A stretch of DNA of 64,000 nt from Haliotis cracherodii. Taxonomy: Eukaryota. Positions 1 through 12,338 of the stretch are shown here, in pieces. The notes below the pieces were generated by a model that saw nothing but the letters and a program-made list of their open reading frames with translations, ran no database searches and was not told where the DNA came from. The position numbers were made by a program, and so were the translations under genes. The DNA lies in contig NW_027266264.1 of assembly GCF_022045235.1 (NCBI RefSeq), positions 69,998,001 to 70,062,000 of the forward strand, read 5' to 3'. Each line of letters starts with the position of its first letter. Within the stretch, counting starts at the first letter, position 1.

Positions 1-1663
1 GTTTCATCATATCTCCACCGCCATACAACTGATGAAGTCCGGCTAATTTGCCACATCCCCGTCTTTGATTAGTGTAGTAATAATCGCTTCGTCTCGGTGT
101 AGACTTCATGCATATCATGTTTACTGTAACATAACCTTGTAAATGCTGTGGGCATCCTGGAACGCCTCAATAGATCACATTACTTAGCTTGTTGGAATTA
201 CCCCTAAATATGTCTATGCAACAGTACATAAGATAAGAGACATGACTGGCTTTGATGGAGTTTGTCTGTGTCGAATGGGATTTCAGCTTGCTGGTGTTCA
301 ACAAGGATGCTTCTCCCGCCCGCTTAGTCTGTCTTACAGACCCTGATACAAATATATATCTAATACAGCCCATGCAAGTCTATAATGTTTGGCAAGTCTA
401 GATCACTACGGCTCCTTTTTATTATATTTTTATTAAGATAACTGAACAACTGTTTTTTTTATGTACGATATGTTCATTTCAGAGACTAGATTTTAGTCTA
501 CCGCCCGCTTTATAACTGGCATTGTCCACACTGGACAGCACTGACATTGGACTCTTGTGATTGTGTACGTGTATATAGTTTCGTTGTTATCAGTACTTCT
601 CTCACATTACTGTAGATGTGGGAGGAACGTGATAGGTCGTTCACGTAAACATTCAACTGGAAAGCAAGGAATGTAGTATCCTGGATGCTTGGAGACTCAA
701 CGGGATGTGTCACCTAAGGCAACTGGACTTCCCTCCTCTTCTTCATGAGGATGCACCCCCTTCTCCCCTGAAGTCTTTGTGGCAAGGGATACATCACAAA
801 GTAATACAATCAATCTATGCGTGCTGCTGAACAGTATCTAAATCCTGCGGACAACATGGTGGTGGATGAGGATAACTCAATCTCAATTTCGAAATTCAAA
901 TACCCCCCCCACCCCCACCCCCACGCGCACACACACACACACACACACATCACCACCGCAGGCCCAGCAATATTACCCAAGCAAATCTTCCCACAATCCA
1001 CAATCTCGGCGTGAAAGTTTAAGGTTTTAATGTCATCGCTGGGTGACAACGCTGAGCATTGTACAACCAAAACTGACAGTACAATGTCGCCATATTTACA
1101 ACCGTCTGGACTACTTCAAAACTGTGATGATCATTCTATCATCACACGTCGATTACGACTTGAGATAAACTCAACTACTGATACTATAAATTGGTGTTGT
1201 CAGCAGAGGCGGTGGAGCTGCGCGAACTACTGGCTTCGCTCCCAGGAACAACCCAGTTGTCTCCCTTTACTGTTTTGAACTACTGACACGCATTCGGGAG
1301 GCGTAATGGCAACTTGCTGCAACAAATTGTTATGGCCTGTTGACAAGGTGTGAATTATGGCTTAAAGAAACACTCGCTTGTTGATAGGAAGCACCAAGGT
1401 AAACGATAATTAAACTGTAAAGTACTACTGTTGTATAAATCACGTCCCAGACGAGGAGGCGAAGTGTCCGATTCTATCATATGGCGTGTCGGTTTGAGAC
1501 AGATATAAACGACATGTGTGTTAATACACTTTACCTTTGATCTCAGCACCACCAGGCCTGTCTTAAAACCGGATCGAGCACAGAAACACATTACAGGATG
1601 TCACAGGAGGAAATGTGTTTCCATCACTGAAAAGGCAACAGCATGGTTAGAGTGTGAGTGCAT

Positions 1664-1698
<35 letters not shown>

Positions 1699-1769
1699 GG
1701 AGAGAGAGAGAGTATAAACGTGTGTAAGTATGTGTGTGTGGCATATCGCTAATCCACTACAGACCACCA

Positions 1770-3487
1770 CACACACGTCACATAGATAGACAGATCACTA
1801 CACACCGACAGATCACTACACACACGTCACAAACAGTGATCACTACAAACACGCCACACAGACAGATCACTACAAACACGTCACACAGATAGACAGATCA
1901 CTAAACACACGTCACACAGACAGATCACTACACACAAGTCACATCACAGAGACAGACAAATCACTACACACTCATCACTACACACCGACAGACAGATCAC
2001 TACAAACACGTCACACAGACAGACCACTACACACACGTAGATCACTACAAACACGTCACAAAGACAGATCACTACACACACGTCACATCACAGAGACAGA
2101 TCACTACAAACACGTCACACAGACAGATCACTACACACACGTCACATCACAGAGACAGATCACTACAAACACGTCACACAGACAGATCACTACACACACG
2201 TCACATCACAGAGACAGATCACTTTACACACGTCACACAGACAGATCACTACAAACACGTCACACAGATAGACAGATCCCTTTACACACGTCCCACAGAC
2301 AGATCACTACAAACACGTCACACAGATAGACAGATCACTATACACACGTCCCACAGACAGATCACTACACACAAGTTACACAGACAGATCACTACACGCA
2401 CGTGACATCACACAGACAGATCACTTCATACACATCACTCAGACAGATCACTACACACGCGTCACATCACAGAGACAGACAAATCACTACACACACATCA
2501 CACCACACCGACAGACAGACCACTACAAACACGTCACACAGACAGATCACTACACACGCGTCACAGAGACAGACATGCAGATCACTCCAAACACGTCACA
2601 CAGACAGATATGCAGATCACTCCACACACGTCACAGACAGATCACTACACACACGTCACACAGGCAGATCACTCCACACACGTCACACAGACAGACATAC
2701 AGACCACTCCACACAAGTCACACAGACAGATCACTCCAAACACGTCACACAGACAGATCACTCCACACACGTCACACAGACAGACATGCAGACCACTCTT
2801 CACACGTCACACAGACAGACATGCAGATCACTCCAAACACGTCACACAGAGAGATCACTCCAAACACGTCACACAGGCAGATCACGCCACACACGTCACA
2901 CAGACAGACATGCAGACCACTCCACACAAGTCACACAGACAGATCAGTCCAAACACGTCACACAGACACACAGACAGATCGCTCCACACGTCACACAGAC
3001 AGACGTGCAGATCACTCCACACACGTCACACAGACAGACATGCAGATGACTCCACACACGTCACACAGACAGACCACGCCACAAACGTCACACAGACAGA
3101 CACACAGACAGATCGCTCCACACGTCACACAGACAGACGTGCAGATCACTCCACACACGTCACACAGACAGATCACTTCACACAAGTCACACAGACAGAT
3201 CACTCCACACACGTCACACAGACACACAGACAGATCGCTCCACACGTCACACAGACAGACGTGCAGATCACTCCACACACGTCACACAGACAGATCACTC
3301 CACACAAGTCACACAGACAGATCACTCCACACACGTCACACAGACAGACATTCAGATCACTCCACGCACGTCACACAGACAGACATGCAGATCACTCCAC
3401 ACACGTCACACAGACAGACATGCAGATCACTCCACACACGTCACACAGACATGCAGATCACTCCACAAACGTCACACAGACAGACGA
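1770..3487. repeat. Complex minisatellite, ~28-40-bp units (CAGATCACT[A/C]CACACACGTCACACAGACA)
   Basis: Direct inspection. Confidence 0.97.
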
Positions 3488-4344
3488 TCTGACATGCTTC
3501 TTAGTTCTGAACGGATTTATTTAATACACAAACCAAAAAGGCCGATAAAACACAGGATGACTTCAAAATCAGAAGTATGCATTGGCTCCTTTAAAATCGC
3601 AAAACGCTGTAAATGAGGCTGAACGGGCCATGCCCCCAAACATTCCACTTTCTTTCGTATCTCCTCGATGTATCAAGCTGTCATATGTTGGAGAATATCA
3701 TGTGATATATAAGCGGGGACAATACAACCAGGCTTCCAGTTACCTAGTGCACACATTGTTGATGTAAACCCATGCCCCTTCTGGCTGGGCGTGTCCCCTC
3801 ACTGATGGGGGAAAGTGTCCTTCTGCGTCTGACGGCTCGCACTGGGTGTACCAGGGTATATTTTGGGGCCCCATATCGATACTAAACAGCGATTGTAACG
3901 TATATATCATACAGACGGGACACAGGTCATCGTCCCAGAGACCCCGGCAGGTCAGCGCGTGCCAAGAATGTGCCATTTGTGCGCCACTGTCCGCCGAGGA
4001 TGATAAAGGGAGACAACTAATGCCACCTGCTGCAGCCAACTTCTGCTAGCTCGGGTCAGGAATTAATTGGCAATTACGCAGATAGGCGAGACTGCTGGCA
4101 GGCCAGGAGCCTTCATACTACCATGAAAAGAAATGGTCAGACTCTTTTGCTACCCATAGCAGTATAAACGCACACAACAATAACATTAGTCCTGCACCAT
4201 AACTATGGAATATATTTATTTTATGAAAACAAAACCAATCTAGAAAAGTATACAAAAGCAAGTTTAGCCAGCTCCATCTAGCTCTATTCTACATATGAAA
4301 TCAGCATCTGCAAATTTAAAAAAAAAAAAAATTTAGAGTCAAGA

Positions 4345-5990
4345 TCCGTTTTTTTCTTAGGTGGTACATGAAAGAGTGCATGATTTAGCGGGTGTTGGGG
4401 TCGGTCGTATCCGGATTTTTCTTTGGGGGTACATAAAAGAGTGCATGATTTAGCGGTGTTGGGGGCGGTCGTATCCGGTAATTCTTACTGGGTACTTGGA
4501 TGAGTGCATGAGTTATCAGGCTTTGGGGTATGTCTGTCCGGTAATTCTTACGGGTACTTGAATGAGAACATGAGTTAGCCGGTGTTGGGGTCGGTCGTAT
4601 CCGGTAATTCTTACCGGGTAATTGGATGAGTGTATGAGTTATCAGGTGTTGGGGTATGTCGTATTCGGTGATTCTTACTGGGGACTTGAATGGGAACATG
4701 AGTTAACAGGTGTTGGGGTATGTCGTATTCGGTGATTCTTACTGGGGACTTGGATGAGAACATGAGTTAACAGGTGGTGGGGTATGTCATATTCGGTGAT
4801 TCTTACTGGGTCCTGAATGGGAACATGAGTTAACAGGTGGTGGGGTATGTCGTATTCGGTGATTCTTACTAGGTACTTGAATGGGAACATGAGTTAACAG
4901 GTGTTGGGGTATGTCGTATTCGGTGATTCTTACTGGGTACTTGAATGGAACATGAGTTAACAGGTGTTGGGGTATGTCGTATTCGTTGATTCTTACTGGC
5001 TACTTGAATGGGAACATGAGTTAACAGGTGTTGGGGTATGTCGTATTCGGTAATTCTCACTGGGGACTTGGATGAGAACATGAGTTAACAGGTGTTGGGG
5101 TATGTCGTATTCGGTGATTCTTACTGGGTACTTGAATGAGAACATAAGATAGCAAGTGTCGGGTATGTCGTATTCGGTAATTCTTACTGGGTACTTGAAT
5201 GAGAACATGAGATAGCAGGTGTTTGGGTATGTCGTATTCGGTGATTCTTACTGGGTACTTGAATGAGAACATGAGTTAACGGTGTTGGGGTGTGTCGTAT
5301 TCGGTTATTCTTACTGGGTACTTGAATGAGAACATGAGTTAACAGGTGTTTGGGTGTGTCGTATTCGGTTATTCTTACTGGGTACTTGAATGAGAACATG
5401 AGATAGCAGGTGTTTGGGTATGTCGTATTCGGTGATTCTTACTGGGAACTTGAATGAGAACATGAGATAGCAGGTGTCGGGTATGTCGTATTCGGTAATT
5501 CTTACTGGGTACTTGAATGAGAACATGAGATAGCAGGTGTTTGGGTATGTCGTATTCGGTGATTCTTACTGGGAACTTGAATGAGAACATGAGATAGCAG
5601 GTGTCGGGTATGTCTTATTCGGTAATTCTTACTGGGTACTTGAATGAGAACATGAGATAGCAGGTGTTTGGGTATGTCGTATTCGGTGATTCTTACTGGG
5701 TACTTGAATGAGAACATGAGTTAACAGTGTTGGGGTGTGTCGTATTCGGTTATTCTTACTGGGTACTTGAATGAGAACATGAGTTAACAGGTGTTTGGGT
5801 GTGTCGTATTCGGTTATTCTTACTGGGTACTTGAATGAGAACATGAGTTAACAGGTGTTGGGGTATGTCGTATCTGGTTATTCTTACTGGGTACTTGGAT
5901 GAGAACATGAGATAGCAAGTGTTCGGTATATCGTATTCGGTAATTCTTACTGGGTACTTGGATGAGTGCATGAGTTGGGGTCTGTTGTTC
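4345..5990. repeat. 63-64-bp tandem array (TTCTTACTGGGTACTTGAATGAGAACATGAG...)
   Basis: About 25 units, degenerate at both edges. Confidence 0.97.
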
Positions 5991-6536
5991 TTTGAATACT
6001 CACTGTGTACATGAATGAGTTTGCAATTAAATGATGAGGCCTGAAAACTTTAATATATACTGGCCAGGATATTAAGTAAAATTATAGTGACAGAATTTCA
6101 GCACGATTAGATACCGTTTTATGCATTTAAGCACATTCATTTACAAACATTTGATATAGCTATTTGGAAATGTTTGATGAAAATATATGTCAACGTTGAA
6201 GACTGAGTCACATATCCAGTTCCGGTAAACTTCGCAAACAGCAAATAATCATCTGTGGGAATATAACTTGCTGAAATGAAGAATTATAATGTAATTAGTG
6301 CAAAAACTCCTCCAATGGGAAGAGGGTGAGTTTTTATGAAACTTATATGGACACTGTGTTGTTGATGTGTGTTCTGGTATAACACTCTGGGTAATGGAGC
6401 TTGTGATACACTTCAACGTCTACGTTCACCACACGTCAATGGCTCTGGAATATATATTCAAAGGCTGTGACCATGCATGTTCCTACTTTATCACAATGTG
6501 ATTGTTTTACAAGCACCTAACTCCTCTTTGTCTTGG

Positions 6537-6799
6537 AGTGAGTGAGTGAGTTTGGTTTAACGCCGCTTTTAACAGTATTCCAGTTATATCACTGGAGGAA
6601 AGCCCGAAGTGATGCGGGTCTCAGACGTTTACCACTTCGGTGAAACCCACGAGCATGGATATGGTGCTGACAAACCTAGAAACATAATTCGGGCGAAACG
6701 GGATTCGAACTGGCAATCATAGTTTTCTGGCGTGCCCAAGGGTCGCAACTCTGCACAGCGAATCGTGGCGCCTTAGACGACTGGGCCACCCGTGCCCCC
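6537..6799 (-). mobile_element. tRNA(Leu)-like SINE with V-domain-like body, family B
   Basis: TGGCCCAGTCGTCTAAGGCG head, GTTCGAATCCC B box, GTGGGTTTC...CGGGCTTTCCTCC body, (ACTC)n tail. Confidence 0.85.
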
Positions 6800-8199
6800 T
6801 TCTTTTTCTTGGAAGATTTAGTTTTAAGGAAGACCCTCTTAGGCTTTCTAAACATTATTAATTTATTTTCACTAATTAAATTCTGACTCATTTTTGTGTT
6901 CTTGTGAAATTCAGTGTGTTATTCAACAAACTATACTTGCCGTATAAGGCGACTATGCTTGTCGTTAAGGCAGCTAAAGGGATCGGGTGGTCAGATTCGC
7001 TGACTTGGTTGATGCATGTTATCGATCCCCATTGCGTGGATCGATGCTCATGATATCAATCACTGGGTTGTCTGGTTCAGACTCGATTATTTACAGACCG
7101 CCGTCATATAGCTGGGTTATTGCTGAGTGCGGCGTTTAACAACAACCAAACCAAACCAAACCGAATCCCGCGTACCAACAGGGGGTGGCAGCCTTATATA
7201 TAGTCAGAATCATTTATGATCGCAGATGTTTCCGTGCATATAATTCTAATGAACGAAATACGACAATTTCTCGCTCCAAGTTTCGTAGGGTGTTGCTTTC
7301 TTTGAACCAAGATTCATGTTTTGTTTTTTCACCCTGCCTCACGACTGCAGTCGGTCTGACATGTTCCATAGTAGGGTCGTGCGTTACCAGTTGTGGTGTG
7401 CATTCCACGTGTGTCTCCTGTCATTGGGTGTATACATTTAAATGTATGTTGTGAGCGTTAAAACGACATCCTGGAACAGATAGCATCTCATTCGTGACCA
7501 ACTCGTGATATTCCGGGGAAAACCGAATAGCGACTCGTGCCCCTCTCATGGCCATTTTTGCGACCGGGTTCCTCTCTTACCTAAAACAATTGAAAACTCG
7601 TTGCGTAATGGTTCACATATATTTCCCCATATATTATATATATTTCAAATGAAATTTAAAGCACATCGGGACATGCAGAATTATACAGTATGATTGAACA
7701 CATTTAACTGTGTCTTGGGAATATTTTTAGATGCAAGACATATGTAAAACAAAAAATTATTTCTGAGGGCTTCTTTGACGAAGAACTTGAAATCATACGC
7801 GCATTCTGATTGGTTTGTCGTATTTTCGCGCATAACATTCATCGATAGGGGGACGAGTCTTCTTGCAGGTTACGAAAATGGGGGAGTGGTGACGAATGAT
7901 ATCATCTGCCTCTTTGTCAAACGAGGATGGAACTTTCATCTCACGCACATATCCTTTGACAACCCTGAACTGCGACCATATGTCGTTATTTTATGTCCGT
8001 TTCAAGCATCATATCATTCAAGATGCGGAAAAAAACGAAATGAGATTTTCGCAGAACAAATATATGTGCTGTTTTAACATACCCTTCTTCAAATTCGTAT
8101 GTAAGAAATAAAGCTGATATGATAATTATTTTTAGGTGTTTTTTTTCATTTAAGTAAAAAGATTTCGTTCGATTTAAGCTAGGTTTGTGTTTTGTAAAG

Positions 8200-8323
8200 T
8201 CACATGATCCAAAATGGCTGCGCCCATCGTCTCTGAATGTGTTTAACGAACAAAATCTTGACACTACCTAACGCGTCGAGGCAACATAATAGTGCACAAC
8301 ATTTGGCCCAACATTTTTCACAG
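8200..8323 (+). promoter_or_regulatory. Probable SNRNP25 TSS region and 5' non-coding exon with short uORF
   Basis: CAAAATGGCTGCGCCC (YY1-type housekeeping start motif) at 8210-8225, uORF MAAPIVSECV* 8214-8246, donor cag|gtaaac at 8323/8324; the ATG exon begins directly at a splice acceptor, so an upstream exon is expected. Confidence 0.5.
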
Positions 8324-9721
8324 GTAAACAGGCTGGTATGATCTGATGAGTAAATGTCAGGTATTTCATACTTGTCTGAACCATAAAAGATGTACATTCC
8401 TCATTTTATCACCTATTTTCGTGCTACTGTTGTTGTTTTAACGAGAAGTTTCAGATATGAAAATTGACCTTACAGTCACATTATAGTCCAACAATTCAGA
8501 TTCCTCTAATTTAGTAGATACATGTTTATCTGATAAATATGTTTACATTTTATCCATAACTAATAAATAATTTAAAAGAAATCCCTGGGAGGAATCAAGG
8601 TTGAAAGGCCCCCAGCAGCTTATGATGATCGTGGGAGGTGACCAAATGAATATGAGGGTCAGGTTCCGTGACTTGGTTGATTCCCTGTCATCTTGCTCAC
8701 AATGTCAACCACTGGTTCGTTAGGTTCAGATTATTGGCAGACTGTTCATATCGTCGTGTTATGAATTTCTCATTACTTGTCTACTTGTCTACGTTACGTT
8801 ACCTTTGAGAACATTTATTTCTGTTAATACTTGGATGGTCAAATGACCATGTCATGTTAATTTTACAGCGATAATGCCCCACTAAGTGGGACAAGTCGAT
8901 CAGATGCCATCTTGTTACTGTCTATGATTTAGAACCCCTCCATAACACTAACAGTCAAGTTAAAAATAGATGCACAACATGGTCAGTCACTTGATATAAC
9001 AGACAGGTAGTTTATAAGCATCAGTTGATATATAATCGGTGCATGTTCTGATTCAAAATTATCATCAGATCAAGTTTGATTAAAATGTGTATCAGTAAAA
9101 AAGTAGGTTTTGAGGTATGTTTTTGTTACTTATTGAATATCTTTCCTTGTGTAGCTTAATCTGCAACATAACTTTGTTGACAAGTGGCAAACACTTTGAT
9201 GTCATAGTGGGCTTTGAAACATCATTAAGCGCATGGTCTCATTTTAGTTAAGAGGATTGACAAAAGGTGGGCTCGAAAACGTGAGATATATCTAGAGTAC
9301 TGCTGAGTATGGTGTTAAGGAGTTATCAAATAATCATATAAGAAAACAAAACTAATGTTTGTCATGTTTCCACAATTCAGATACATTTGTGAATCTATAT
9401 TTTTTACATTAAATAATTTCGTAGTTGTACAAAAATAGTAAAATACAATAGAATTTTTAATTACCCCAGATGTGCAGTATCATGTGACCTCTATTGGCCA
9501 CATACCCAGCGTTCATGTTGTGTGAGCTGACTATTATAAGTATAATGTTGCCACAGTGTTGTGTGGTATCATACTCTATGGTTTGGATATTACGTGGTGC
9601 CATATTATAGTTGAAATATTGCTGACCCTGGTATAAACTTTCACTCTCAACAAAGTGGCACTGGCAACACAAGGACTGCCATCTTCCGAAACAAGTCTTT
9701 TTCCATGTTTCCTTGTTTAAG

Positions 9722-9898
9722 ATGGAGACGACTGTACAGGTGAAGACGGAGCCACTGGACATTCCAGAGGATAGGGGTCAGCCGTGTGTGGACACCGAGG
9801 GGGAGGAGGGGGAGATAGAGGAGACGGGGGTTGATGATGGCCTTCCCCATCAAGAGGCCATGGCCAGAGTTAACAGCACCATAGCTGAACTCATTGAA
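9722..9898 (+). CDS. SNRNP25: SNRNP25 coding exon 1 (METTVQVKTEP...LPHQEAMARVNSTIAELIE)
   Basis: Acceptor tttaag|ATG at 9721/9722, donor GAA|gtgagc; 177 nt, phase 0; LPHxEAM motif precedes the DPLL motif of the next exon. Confidence 0.9.
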
Positions 9899-10217
9899 GT
9901 GAGCTTAACCTATATGGTTTAATTTCAGATACAACAAATTGTATGACTGTTTCATTACATTTCACAAAGATGGTAACCACCTTGAGATTACTGTTGTTCC
10001 TAGAACCAATAGGTTGTCATGCAAGGCGATTGGGGATTGAGTGGTTACACTGAGTTTACAGTGGGTGTCATCCATCATACCTCAGTCACGGGAATGCCTG
10101 GTTTAGGACTTGATTATTTATTGACAACCATGATAAACTACTCAAAAGAAGTTAAAGAAGACCCACTCCTTTCATATTACTATGGTTAATCAGTCATGCC
10201 ATGACAGATTATCTATA

Positions 10218-10392
10218 CAGTAAACTACGGTTATAACGAACACGCTTATAACGAACTGACGGATATAACGAACTTACTTTTTGGTCCCGACTGCTTGCTG
10301 TAGTCATGCTGTATATGTACTTATAACGAACTCAGGTTATAACGAACTAAAATTAGTAGTCCCTTTGAGTTCGTTATAAACATAGTTTACTG
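10218..10392. mobile_element. pogo/Tigger-like MITE
   Basis: TIR CAGTAAACTA.G.TTATAACGAAC, TA on both sides, internal TTATAACGAAC repeats. Confidence 0.85.
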
Positions 10393-10740
10393 TAGTTTGT
10401 TGTTTAAGGCAACACGCTAATTGAACATGGAGCTGGCCTCCCAATACAGGTCCACTCAGCTTATTCCATTACCTGCATAATACCATCACTATTCCTGCTA
10501 TATGACAGTTGTCTATAAATAATTAAGTCTGGACCAGACATTCCAGTGATTGCCATCATGAGCATCAATCTACGATGTTGTGATACAGTGGCATGAATCA
10601 AACAAGTCAGTCATGTTAGACCCCTCTTACATGGGTTGCTGAAGACCTATTCTAACTGGGAACTTCATGGTTAGATAGTATAACTATGGTGATCTGAATA
10701 TGTTTTTCACTTAAAACATCTTTTATCACTCACTGAATAG

Positions 10741-10980
10741 ACCCGTGGAGATCCAGGGTAGAATAGGTCTTCAGAAACCCATGCCTGCCGTAAAAGGGGA
10801 CAATGCTTGCCGTAAGAGGTGACTAACGGGATTGGGTGGTCAGGCTCGCTGACTTTGTTGATGCATGTCATCGTATCCCAATTGCGTGGATCGATGCTCA
10901 TGATGACAATCACTGGATTGTCTGGTCCAGACTCGATTATTCACAGACCGCCATCATGTAGCTGGAATATTGCTGAGTGC
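10741..10980 (+). mobile_element. Head-less ~270-bp retroelement, family D (representative copy)
   Basis: Consensus starts ACCCGTGAAGATCC, contains GTCGTAAGAGGCGACTAACGGG, ends GCTGGAATATTGCTGAGTGC(GGCGTTAAAC+(AAAC)n). Other copies at about 6930-7161+, 8606-8750+, 10453-10672-, 21721-21874-, 24548-24723+, 36030-36370+. Confidence 0.9.
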
Positions 10981-11158
10981 AATCTGTAATGCAATCTCAT
11001 TTACATCAGATCTGTTACTCCTATCAAATCAAAGAAAAAGACCTGACCTAATAAAATTGCTCCAAGTGAGCTTGTGGCGCAATGTGTACGTAAATATGGA
11101 AAACTTGTTCCCTGCGATGTATGAATGTGTGTCAGCATTGACCATTATGTGTTGCCAG

Positions 11159-11282
11159 TCAGACCCACTGCTGAAGGACCTTCCTGGTGAGGTGACATTA
11201 GAAGAGGTGAACTCGGCCATTGCAGTGGAGTACGGCCAGGCCATGGTGGTAGACGTGATGCGGGCAGATGGGGAAGTACTCA
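11159..11282 (+). CDS. SNRNP25: SNRNP25 coding exon 2 (SDPLLKDLPGEVTLEEVNSAIAVEYGQAMVVDVMRADGEVL)
   Basis: gccag|TCA ... CTCA|gtaagt; closely matches human SNRNP25 DPLLCDLPIQVTLEEVNSQIALEYGQAM as recalled. Confidence 0.97.
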
Positions 11283-11416
11283 GTAAGTCATGTGACTCTA
11301 ACTGGATCCTGGCTATGTCTTGCTCCTAAACCATTGTAGTGTTTTCACTGAATCCTTCCAAATGTGTTTCCATTTTAAATTTGGTTTGATAATTTAAAAA
11401 GCTTAACTCCTCGTTA

Positions 11417-11994
11417 TTATCCCCCGCCTCGAAGTGGAAGGGTATATAGGAATGGGTGCCGTCTGTCCGACAGATCTTGAAAACCGTACCATATTTCTTC
11501 ACCAAATTTGGCACATAGATGGGTCTAGTGGTGAACTGGTGCCTTTTGATAGTTTGGGATTTAAAAAAAATAGTTTTTGAGTTTCCATGACAACGACTTT
11601 GACTTAGACTGAAAATCGCGGTAGTCCTCGTTTCCGGAGCAGATCTTGAAAACCGTACCATATTTCTTTACCAAACTTGGCACATAGATAGGTCTAGTGG
11701 TGAACTGGTGCCTTTTGAAAGTTTGGGATTTTAAAAAAAAGTTATTTTTCGAGTTTTCATGGCAACGACTTTGATTTAAACTGAAAATGGTGGTAGTCCT
11801 CGTTTCCGGAGCAGATCTTGAAAACCAGACCATATTTCTTCACCAAACTTGGCACATAAAGTGCAGATGGCAAAACAACACCAGTAATAACTTTTTTTAT
11901 TGCTGCAATTAGGCCATTTACAAAAAGCTAATGCATTGCACACAACCGGACATGTCATATTGGCGGGGGATATGAGTATTTCATGCTTGCTTGT
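11417..11994 (+). mobile_element. Helentron-associated non-autonomous element (HINE/DINE-like)
   Basis: Sub-terminal inverted TATCCCCCGCC / GGCGGGGGATA, short 3' hairpin GAGTAT-TTC-ATGCTT, internal ~170-bp tandem cores starting at 11472, 11641, 11814. Confidence 0.8.
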
Positions 11995-12338
11995 AAGACG
12001 TGACAGCATGCGTTACTGAAATATGTGAAATACTTGGCTATCACAAATATGTGTTGTACATGTATCTAGCATTTGCACACTCTGGGTCATGTTCCCTAGT
12101 AACCTTTCAGCTTCTAAATCGTGGGTAATATGTTTTTTTACTTTATCATTACAAAGTCAAACATTATCTGACTGATGAGATGCCAAGGTTATGTCATAAT
12201 TATGTGCATATTTATAATTCACCAAATCCACACAGTAAAGCGTGCTCATAGCGCTACATTATTACCCCAGTCAATGGATCAGCGTGCACTCGATTTTCAT
12301 TCTCAGCTCCTTGGGGAGTATACATTGCCAGCTGCCTG

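Noticed and set aside
2402-3524. Three overlapping 215-305-aa His/Thr-rich ORFs
   Set aside because: All three frames are open because the CA-rich minisatellite lacks stop codons
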